This document shows positions 1 through 8,960 of a stretch of 64,000 nucleotides of DNA, one piece after another. The first letter of the stretch is position 1, and each line of letters starts with the position of its first letter. Source of the DNA: Magallana gigas (lineage: Eukaryota). The notes under the pieces are model-generated. The model searched no databases, had not been told where the DNA came from, and was given only the letters and a program-made list of their open reading frames with translations. The position numbers and the translations under genes were made by a program. The stretch is taken from positions 13,578,001-13,642,000 of the forward strand of contig NC_088859.1 in NCBI RefSeq assembly GCF_963853765.1. Direction: 5' to 3'.

Positions 1-302
1 CGTGATCCAGGTGTGGTGTTTGTTGTCATGCAAGTTCTGAGAATGTCAAGAAACTCGAAAGGCAGCGATGTGTTTTCATACCCTTATTAAAACGTTGGTT
101 GCTTGGTGAAGGCAAAAAAATTAACCTCTACTAAAAATACAAGGACGCATTTATCCACGTACTAGGTTTTACGTGTGTCTAAGTCAATTTGATATTAATC
201 CTGAAATTGAAAAAAATATATACATGCATGATTCAATTTCACATCTTAGTTTGATTTCAATGAAGTTAGGAGTATGCACTTTTCCGATGAAAGAAAGAAT
301 GG

Positions 303-1802
303 TCACTGTAGATACTTGTACACTTTCACATTGTTAGTATTATATTGTGTAACATGAAGACTGTTCTCATCATCCACAAACAAACCAACAGCATCTTCTA
401 TTCCATATTGTCTAGTGAGTAGTTGACACAAGAACTGGCCACCCTCATTCAGAACAAAAACCGTTCTAGTGTAACGATCGCATACCAGGATATGGCCAAG
501 GACATCAGTGCAAATAGCATGTGGACTAAACCTTGACTTGCGCTTTGTGTAGGAAAACCTGTGTTTGCCTGATTTATTTACCACCACTACGGCTCCTCTC
601 GTCCAGTCTGATGTACAGATATCATCGTTAATGTTTTCTGTGATGTTGTGTGGATCAATGTACATACTATTTCGAACGTTGTATCTCCTCTGTATGTTCT
701 GTATTTCTTTCCCTGCCTTGTTGTACCTGGTTACTTTACCCTCATTTGCATGCCTCATCCCCACCAGTATGTCCCCGTTGATGTGGGAGGAGTGTATACT
801 GAGTGGTACCCAGTCGCCTGTTTTAATGAATTCAGTGATTGTAAAATCCGGTGTTATCCTATTGATGACTTTGTTGTCTCCGTCTGTATAAATCATATCC
901 CCGTCTTGTATGGCTGTAATGGACGCTTCCGATGCAAATTTGGCTAGTATTACCACCTGCGTAGTATTAAAAATTGATTCAAGAAGACCTCTATCATCAA
1001 TAATCCAAAGTCTGTCTGGTTTACCTAGTGTTATTTGACGTACACTACCAGCACACATCACTCTGTACTCCCTGACCTTGGTGACAGAAGAAGACAGAGA
1101 CAGTGGTTGTTTCGCATCAGATTTCTCTCTTTCTTGTTTCTTCATTTTCTCTATTGTTTCAAATCTGTAGAGTCAGTCTTCATGGATTTTATTTTTCTGT
1201 ACTCTGGTTTAGCATCAGGAACAATTGCTCTTCCCAGTAGTTTGGCAACATCCTCCTTACTGTATTGACCAGCAGTAATTACTGGAGGGACTGGCTTCGT
1301 GGTCTCTGGAATGGGTCGTACTTTTAAATTGTCATGAGGGGAAAAAATGATTGGATTGTTATGAAGTTTAGAAAAGACCAGGAAGCGATAGAACCCTTTG
1401 ACAAGGTGTCCAAGATAAGAGATGTAATCTTTGTATGTGTTGTCTTGGCTCTGAAGCTCTTCCATTAGTAATTCTTCCATTCTGTTGGCTTGTTCTATAT
1501 TTTCAGACATCACTGTGTCCACCACACTTTTGAAAGTTTCCGCTTCAGCCTTCATGGATTTTCGTATTTTATCCATTGTTGCTTTTATACTTTTGATATC
1601 TTTTAATACATCTCTTTGTATATCTTGAGAAGTTGGGAGAAAATGCTGATTGATTTTATAGATCTCATCATTGCAGAGAATAGATCTCTCTGAATAAAAA
1701 TTCTCTAAATCAATCAGTGAATGTTTTCGATGGTCTTTTAATGCGCATTTGGAACACGGTGGAACTTGACAATCCTCGCACAGAACGTCTATATCTTTAT
1801 TC
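303..1802 (-). pseudogene. 3' portion of intronless TRIM-like gene (second half of B-box2, coiled coil, NHL-like beta-propeller); frameshift near 1146-1153
   Basis: ORF 1151-1882 gives NKDIDVLCEDCQVPPCSKCALKDHRKH (B-box) and then a helical coiled-coil region. ORF 303-1145 has NHL-like repeats (MIYTD, GDILVG, DICTSD, AICTDVLGHILVCD). The two ORFs are in different frames (TAG-AGAAA-ATG). The 5' part of the gene lies beyond the DIRS insertion. Confidence 0.88.
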
Positions 1803-2015
1803 ATGTATTTATTAAAGGTATGATGACACGTGTGTCTATCGAACACGTGTTTTTGTTTATTTATATTTATACCGGAAACCAAATTTGATTGGTTTCTATA
1901 ATAAGTATTTCACCTGTTATACAGGTATTTAAATTAGAGAGGCGCGACTTCTCGTGTTAAGTGAATAAAGAATTTAGCGCCATTCGAAGGCTCTCTCTTC
2001 GTGCAGTTAGACGTG
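1803..2015 (+). repeat. Split direct repeat A1 (213 bp; partner A2 at 6422-6634)
   Basis: Direct comparison by eye shows 2 substitutions (1882 A vs 6501 G; 1946 G vs 6565 A). Confidence 0.95.
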
Positions 2016-2032
2016 TTTTGGTTAGCTTCCTC

Positions 2033-2780
2033 ATGGCAGATAAAAGCGACGAAGAGATGCTCGAAGAAGTTATCATAACCCCAGGAGAAACTACAAACAA
2101 TTCTTTCGCTTTGACTGATGCCGTGAAACTGCTGACATCAACAATAAATTCTCAATTTCAACAGTTAGCTGAAAAATTACAGGAAGACAGCACAAACTCT
2201 GCACAGTTGCTCAAGAAAAAGCTGAAAGATAACATCGCCGGAAAGCTCAAGTTCGAAGGTAACAGAGTGCAATACATATTCAACGAAGAGTGTATTGAAG
2301 AACTTGATAAGTTAAAAGATTTGTCTTCCAACGATAAAGATACTGTTAAACGTTTGAGAGAGAAAATTAACACAAGACAAAAGCATATAAGAATTGCAGA
2401 TGGGTCACCAGCTGGGTGGAAAACGGTACAGGAGTACCAACTCAACGATGTGGCTGAAAACTCGGACGACGAGAAACGAATCCGCAGTGCAGAAAACAGG
2501 GCGCTCAAACAGACGAAACGGGAAGAAGTCCCGGTTCTCTCCTTATCTCAAACCTGCACAAACAGCTGCGGCTGGTTCTCCTGCTCAGCTGCCTTCTTAT
2601 GGTCTGCAACAGCAGAACAACGTCCTACAGACAGCAAACCCATTCCTTCAGCCCTTTCGTGCAGCTAGCAGGCGCACACCGCAACCAAGTGACGTCTGCT
2701 ACAAATGTTTCCAAACGGGACACTGGAAATCAAGATGCCCCTCTCAGTTCGGCAGCACTGCGCCCTCCTCCTCAAAATGA
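2033..2780 (+). CDS. Gag-like ORF1 with C-terminal CCHC zinc knuckle, broken by a +1 frameshift near 2519-2523
   Basis: MADKSDEE... reads to AENRALKQTKR. The +1 frame continues KKSRFSPY...CYKCFQTGHWKSRC (CX2CX4HX4C) to the stop at 2780. Confidence 0.85.
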
Positions 2781-4800
2781 AGTTGATGATAAGTATTTAC
2801 TCAGTTTTGACATGTTTGATCAATGTAATGATAATGATATCTTAATGAAAGAACATATTCAATTTTTTGATGAAATGAATTTTAGTGGTTCAGAAACCAA
2901 TCAAGGAATAAAGAAAAGCTTGTCAAAGAATTTTAATTTCTGGAAAAGAATAGGTACTTATGATCAAATCTTGCGTATTATTGAGCACGGGTATCATATC
3001 AATTTTGAACAAAATCCCCCCAAGATATTTCTAAAGAATAACAAGTCCGCTGAATCTAATTCTGATTTTGTTTCAGATAGCATTGGTGAATTGCTGGAAT
3101 CAGGTTGCGTTGTACAGGTTCCGTTCAAGCCTTTTGTTGTCAGTCCTTTGAGTGTAGCTGAGAACAGGGAAAAGAAGCGTCTAATTTTAGATCCAAGTGT
3201 TTTAAACAACTATATAAAGAAAGAAAAGATTAAATTTGAAGATTACAAAACGGCTTTACAATATTTCAATAAAAATTGTTTTTTAGTTAAGTTCGATTTG
3301 AAATCCGGATATCATCACATTGATATTAGCAAAGAATGCCAAACATTTTTAGGTTTTCAATGGAAAGAAAAATATTATTGTTTTACGGTACTACCTTTTG
3401 GTCTATCGAGCGCACCATTTGTATTTACTAAGTGTCTTAGATCTATGGTTAGATACTGGAGAGCATGTAACATCAGAATTGTTCTGTATTTAGACGATGG
3501 TTTAGTTATGGCTCAGACGTTTGAGGAATGTCAAAGTATTTCAGATTTCATACAAAAATCCCTGGAACAGGCCGGTTTATTTATTAACCATAAGAAATCT
3601 GTTTTCAGTCCAGTGCAAGAAATTGAATGGCTTGGCATAATTTGGAATTCTATAGAATTTAATATTTCCATTCCAGAAAGAAGAATAAAAGATGTGGAAG
3701 AGACATTATCTAGATTTATCGATATGTTACCTCATGTTTCAGCAAGATGTCTGGCAAAGGTTGCAGGAAAGACCATGTCTTTACATTCTGTTTTAGGAAA
3801 CATATGCAGATTAATGACCAGATTTTCTTACATGGAGATTGTTTTAAGGAAATCTTGGGATTCAAGACTTAATCTCAAATTTCAGGAAAAGACAATTAGA
3901 GAATTGCGATTTTGGTTACAAAACGTACGTAATTATAACATTAGAAAGCTTGCAGATACTGGTCCAGAATGTATTATTGTTTATTCAGATGCTAGTAACG
4001 TTGCAGCGGCGGCCTGCACGGTTGGGGTAGACGAATCGAAATTTCACCTGATGTGGAACGAACAAGAAGCGCAAAAGAGTTCCACCTGGCGGGAAATGAG
4101 AGCAATTGAACAGGCTTTGTTTTCATTTAAAAATAATTTAAGCTGCAAGTCTGTCAAATGGTTTACAGATAATCAAAATTGTGTCAAAATATTCGAATCA
4201 GGTAGCATGAAATTAGAACTTCAAAAATTGGCATTAAGCATTTTTGAATTCTGTAAACGACATAACATCTCAGTCAATATTCAATGGATTCCAAGGGAAG
4301 ATAATGAAAAGGCTGATTATCTTAGTAAATTGATAGACTATGATGATTGGGGTGTGTCTGTAGATTTTTTTCAGTTTATTGATTCAAAATGGGGTCCACA
4401 TACCGTCGACAGATTTGCAAATGCAAATAATAAAAAGTTACAAAGATTTAATTCTGTTTTTTGGAATCCTGGCACAGAGGCTGTGAATTGTTTCACACAA
4501 GATTGGAGAAATGAAAATAATTGGCTTGTGCCACCAGTTTCTTTAGTTATTAAAACTATTAAATATGTAATTAATTGCAATGCTAAAGGGACTTTGATTG
4601 TCCCAAAATGGGTTTCAGCGCCTTATTGGCCCTATGTGTTCAAAGATAACTTGAAAACGTTTGTTTACGTATCAGATGTACTCGAGTTTGAAGACAGTAC
4701 AAAGATTTTTATTCAAGGAATGAATAAAAATTCCATATTTGGTTCTGAAAGATTTTATTCATCAGTATTAGCTATTCGGCTGGACGCTACAAAAATGTGA
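2599..4800 (+). CDS. Pol: reverse transcriptase, RNase H and C-terminal DIRS-type methyltransferase-like (MT) domain, intact 733-aa ORF
   Basis: RT motifs KFDLKSGYHHI, LPFGLSSAP, LYLDDG. RNase H motifs YSDAS, STWRE, FTDNQ. MT-like segment WGPHTVDRFAN...NNWLVPP...IVPKWVSAPYWP. Confidence 0.93.
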   Translation: MVCNSRTTSYRQQTHSFSPFVQLAGAHRNQVTSATNVSKRDTGNQDAPLSSAALRPPPQNEVDDKYLLSFDMFDQCNDNDILMKEHIQFFDEMNFSGSETNQGIKKSLSKNFNFWKRIGTYDQILRIIEHGYHINFEQNPPKIFLKNNKSAESNSDFVSDSIGELLESGCVVQVPFKPFVVSPLSVAENREKKRLILDPSVLNNYIKKEKIKFEDYKTALQYFNKNCFLVKFDLKSGYHHIDISKECQTFLGFQWKEKYYCFTVLPFGLSSAPFVFTKCLRSMVRYWRACNIRIVLYLDDGLVMAQTFEECQSISDFIQKSLEQAGLFINHKKSVFSPVQEIEWLGIIWNSIEFNISIPERRIKDVEETLSRFIDMLPHVSARCLAKVAGKTMSLHSVLGNICRLMTRFSYMEIVLRKSWDSRLNLKFQEKTIRELRFWLQNVRNYNIRKLADTGPECIIVYSDASNVAAAACTVGVDESKFHLMWNEQEAQKSSTWREMRAIEQALFSFKNNLSCKSVKWFTDNQNCVKIFESGSMKLELQKLALSIFEFCKRHNISVNIQWIPREDNEKADYLSKLIDYDDWGVSVDFFQFIDSKWGPHTVDRFANANNKKLQRFNSVFWNPGTEAVNCFTQDWRNENNWLVPPVSLVIKTIKYVINCNAKGTLIVPKWVSAPYWPYVFKDNLKTFVYVSDVLEFEDSTKIFIQGMNKNSIFGSERFYSSVLAIRLDATKM

Positions 4801-4845
4801 CTGATTTGATTGTTTTATATTTCAGAGGTGTGTACTGCAGTGAAA

Positions 4846-5200
4846 GGTCCTGGTACACTAGATATATTATTGATAAGGTCCTGGTACGGAGGTACTGCAG
4901 ACGATCGAATTTTTTAAAAACTGCTATTTAATGTTACGGTCCTGGTACTATGGTACTTCAGACGACAATAGTGTTTATATACTTTATACATGTGTATGTT
5001 AGATTCCTTGTGACGGCGTATTTATTGAATGGACCTGATACGATGGTACTCCAGACGATATTAAAATAAAATTATTGGTTAAAATTGATAAAGGTCCTGG
5101 TACGAAAGTATTGCAGATGATTTGGTAAAATTAAATATATTAATTAACGATTTGTTTTATTTTACAGAAAGTAAGAATCATCTGATAAGATGTTCCTGGT
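4846..5200 (+). repeat. Array of 28-bp GC-rich repeats (GGTCCTGGTAC-N4-GTAC-NN-CAGACGA) separated by unique AT-rich spacers
   Basis: Full copies at 4877-4904, 4938-4965, 5031-5058 and 5093-5120. Half or degenerate copies at 4846-4856, ~5002-5020 and ~5191-5202. Spacers between full copies are 33, 65 and 34 bp. Confidence 0.9.
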
Positions 5201-5284
5201 ATATATAATGATTTTGCATACTTAGACTTGATGTTTTTAGATATACATATTCATGTATATGTATTCATTTTATACGATTTGCAG

Positions 5285-6306
5285 ATATATTTTCGGTGGG
5301 GAGGTGGAGTAATCTATTTTCCAGAATACAAGACCCAAAGCTCCAAGAGTTGGCCGAACTCCTACCATCGTATTGTCTTAAAGCAAGGGCCGAAAATACA
5401 ACCAAAAAATACAGGTACACATTTAACAGATTTTCTAAGTGGTGCAAGACTTTTGAACCTCATGTCAAAAATCTACCAACAACAGATGTGAATGTATCTC
5501 TCTATCTGATTTACATTGCGAAAACTTTTAAATCTGCTCCCAAAATAGAAGAGGCTGTTCATGCTATAGCTTGGGCACATAAACTGGCAGGTTTTTCAAA
5601 CCCATGTGACTCAACTTTGGTGAAGTTCACAAAGGAAGGTTGTTTACGTGATACCAGTCAACCCGTTACAAAAAAGGACCCTATAACACCAGAAATTCTG
5701 TCTTCGATCGTGTCTTTATTGGGAGGAAAGCAAGCATCGCTTTTCGATTTACGTACTTGTTCCATTTTTTTGTTGGGTTATGCAGGGTTTCTGCGTTTTT
5801 CTGAAATTGTCAATATTCAAAGATCTCATGTAACTTTTCATGAATCACATTTGAAATTATTTGTTCCCAAAAGCAAAACTGATGTTCAAAACAAGGGTAG
5901 TTGTGTATATATTTCACGCACAAGTTCTCAAAACTGTCCTGTGAACCTACTAGAGAGGTATTTGAATTTGTCTGGTATAGAAGAAAATTCAGATGAATAT
6001 ATTTTCAGACAACTGTCTTATAGCAAGAAATTCAATATTTATAGACTCAAGAAATGTAAGGCACCACTGTCATATACCAGAGTTAGAGAAATTGTTTTGT
6101 CTACATTAAATACTTTGGGTTTAGACTAAAAAAAGTTTGGTGTGCATAGTCTGCGGTCGGGTGGGGCCACGGCTGCCGCAACTTCAGGAGTGAGTGATAG
6201 ACTCTTTAAAAAGCACGGGCGGTGGAAAAGTGATAATGCTAAAGACGGCTACGTTCACGAAAATTTAAAAAGTAAACTTTCTGTTTCCAAAAATCTTGGT
6301 ATATAA
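5285..6306 (+). pseudogene. Tyrosine recombinase (YR) of the DIRS element; no ATG of its own; in-frame TAA at 6127-6129
   Basis: Contains FLRFSEI (catalytic R) and KSKTD (K). After the TAA the same frame continues KKFGVHSLRSGG...KHGRWKSDNAKDGY (H-x-x-R, H/W, Y) to TAA 6304-6306. Confidence 0.92.
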
Positions 6307-6324
6307 CTCTTTCTTTATTTGTCG

Positions 6325-6421
6325 AAACTGCACTCTTGAGAGCGCTTCTGTACCTACACACTGTGTTTATTTATTTTATAAATTATTTATGTTCGGTTGA
6401 GTGTAACGAATTAGAACATAA
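6325..6421 (+). repeat. Split direct repeat B1 (97 bp; partner B2 at 6754-6850)
   Basis: B1 and B2 are identical by eye. B1 directly abuts A2. Confidence 0.95.
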
Positions 6422-6850
6422 ATGTATTTATTAAAGGTATGATGACACGTGTGTCTATCGAACACGTGTTTTTGTTTATTTATATTTATACCGGAAACCA
6501 GATTTGATTGGTTTCTATAATAAGTATTTCACCTGTTATACAGGTATTTAAATTAGAGAGGCGCAACTTCTCGTGTTAAGTGAATAAAGAATTTAGCGCC
6601 ATTCGAAGGCTCTCTCTTCGTGCAGTTAGACGTGGCCCCCACCCACCCACCCTACTTGTTTTCGTGTATCATTTTATTGTAATTAACAATTTTTCTCATT
6701 ATTGTAGAGAACTGAGGAGAACTGAAGATATTTGTCTATAACTTTATTCGAATAAACTGCACTCTTGAGAGCGCTTCTGTACCTACACACTGTGTTTATT
6801 TATTTTATAAATTATTTATGTTCGGTTGAGTGTAACGAATTAGAACATAA

Positions 6851-7101
6851 GGGTGATCACTGCACATCTCCTTAGGAAGTTGTCGTTTTCGTTGTCGGTA
6901 AAGAACAACTTCATGGTTCTTGGTTTTTGGACTCTTCTGATGTTCGTCCCTGCATTGTTCACACATTGGTTGGTGACAAGGATTGCAGTAAAATTGGGCA
7001 TTCCTTTCACAGTCTTCATTGCCACACTCCAAATAGTGCTGCGCTATGACTGGTAACCCTTCGACACTATCAGCTGGAGCTAATGGTTCGGATAACACCA
7101 T
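6851..7101 (-). pseudogene. 5' portion of the DIRS-interrupted TRIM-like gene (B-box1 and start of B-box2)
   Basis: ttcag|ATG at 7101. Reads CGNEDCERNAQFYCNPCHQPMCEQCRDEH...MCSDHP, then runs into repeat B2. Confidence 0.9.
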
Positions 7102-8284
7102 CTGAAATTGTTATTTTGATTGTTGCATGCATATTTCAAAATATTGAAAATAATTTAATTCTATATTGAGAATTCACAATTCTTAACGTATATAAATAAA
7201 TACATACCGGGGCATTAGAGTGAAAGTAAACATTTTATTTTTAATTTTTCTGGTAAAACTGCTATTAATAAACATTTAAAAAGAAATGATTTGTGATACT
7301 TTCATATATTCAATAGGTGTCATAACTATACATACATTATAAAATAATTCGCTCTGGCTCAATCGGCGAAACAACACGCCCTGTCTAATGTGAATGTGTT
7401 CTAAATGTTATCTTCAATTTTGTTATCGCCGCTGCGTCTAGTGAACTGTAAAGGGTCCATTGGTCCTTAATAATATATCTACTATAAAAAAATAGTGCAT
7501 GTATTCGCATAAGTCAATTTTCACTAAATTCCGTTCGTCTCTTTTATATTACGTTAAAGTTTATTTTGAATTTAAGTTAATTATTGGGGGGTTTTTTCAG
7601 GCTTAATTATTAAAGACGTTAATGGTTTTATCTTTGATAAATATTTATTTAAGCGTGTCACGTGCGTTTATATAATTTACTAGAAGCATTGTATGAATTA
7701 ACTGTGTCGTGAAAGATTGTCACGTTTTGCTTTACTTTTATACATATGGGGATTATCAGTTTAATGCCCAACTATATGGATGTTTTAAGTTTCATCGTCT
7801 TTGAAAATTTTCACACTCACTTTCACCACACAATTCATTACTTTCGTTTTGAAAATAAAACTGGCGTATTGGAAAACTGGGGGTGATCAGTGACACAACG
7901 TGTGTTATGAACATTCAAACCACTTGTGGAAAACGAAATGATAGTTTCTCATTTAGAAAATATAGAGAGATGCAATGTGGGGCCTTAACATTATAGAGGC
8001 AACAAAACACTGTGGCCATCATGCAGTTCTTTGAAAATTCAGCTTTGTAGATATACATAAAGAATAAGAATCGATTCCAAAATAAAGGTTAGTTGATATT
8101 TCATGCATTATTTGATATGCACGTCAATATCTAACCGGTAGATACTGATCAAGAAAAGGATGAGAAGGTTTCCCAAACCCTCTTCTTTTCTATGGCGATT
8201 GTTTTCTTCCGAAAGGGGAAATGGCGATCTGTGCTGCAACGCAAAATGATATTAAAAATTGATACAAAATGTAATAAATTCCAA

Positions 8285-8657
8285 TTATTATACTTTCATA
8301 TTGAATACTGAAATCTGATTGGTTTAGACGCAGTTAATAATTGTTCTATTACCCTCAGCGTTAGCAACACACTTGGTAACGGGTAACCCAACGAATTGTT
8401 ACCTGCGCGTAAACTATGCGTGTACGGTTCGTCGTAGAATTCACGTCATTCCTATATAAAATCAGTAAAGTTTTCTTTGAAATTAAGACATTTAGTATAA
8501 TAAAATAAATTTTGCCTGTTTAGAGGGTAACAGTTGAAATTGAAACCCCTCGAATACCATTGTCAACCTCCAATTCGCGTCGGTTGACAATGGTTTTCTC
8601 GGGGTGTCAATTTCAACTGTTACCCTCCCAATATTGCAAACAGGCACTATTTATATA
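8285..8657. mobile_element. Non-autonomous long-hairpin element, copy 1 (more diverged)
   Basis: Colinear with 15124-15496 over ~370 bp and carries the same 3' long imperfect palindrome. Confidence 0.8.
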
Positions 8658-8960
8658 CTAATACATTTTGTATTATCACATGTACATTGTGATTCTGTAT
8701 CTTCGCCAAATGTAACAACACGATATGAAAAAAAGGTAATTTTTTCATAAACTATATTTGTGATATTGAATATGCAGGATGTATTGTGCCTTTCTATGCG
8801 AAAGAAAATTAAAAGTAACATTGTACCAATTTGTCATTAAAAACGTTCACTGTAATTATGAATGCATTTTTAAATATATTTCCTAGAGGGAATAGTGAAA
8901 AAGAATCGACATTTTAAAACTCAGTAAAGCAAGATCTGAAAATATAAATAAGAGTCATCG

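Larger units (their letters stand above)
1803..6850 (+). mobile_element. Full-length tyrosine-recombinase retrotransposon (DIRS order, split-direct-repeat PAT/Ngaro-type architecture)
   Basis: Layout is A1(1803-2015)-gag-pol-YR-B1(6325-6421)-A2(6422-6634)-spacer-B2(6754-6850). It encodes a CCHC Gag, RT/RNaseH/MT and a tyrosine recombinase. There is no TSD, and the flanks rejoin into an intact TRIM reading frame. Confidence 0.96.

Noticed and set aside
565-1268. Plus-strand ORFs 565-891, 648-947 and 1035-1268
   Set aside because: Antisense shadows of the TRIM coding sequence with no motifs.
4846-5200. Calling the 28-bp repeat/33-34-bp spacer array a CRISPR array
   Set aside because: It lies inside a eukaryotic retrotransposon with no cas genes. 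Repeats are only partly identical, spacers are low-complexity AT-rich with shared ATTGATAA-like ends, and one spacer is double length. It is reported as a repeat array instead.
7478-7683. Short Helitron-like element (A|TCTACTATAAAA ... CTAG)
   Set aside because: The 5' end fits, but the 3' hairpin is poor and CTAG is followed by A rather than T.
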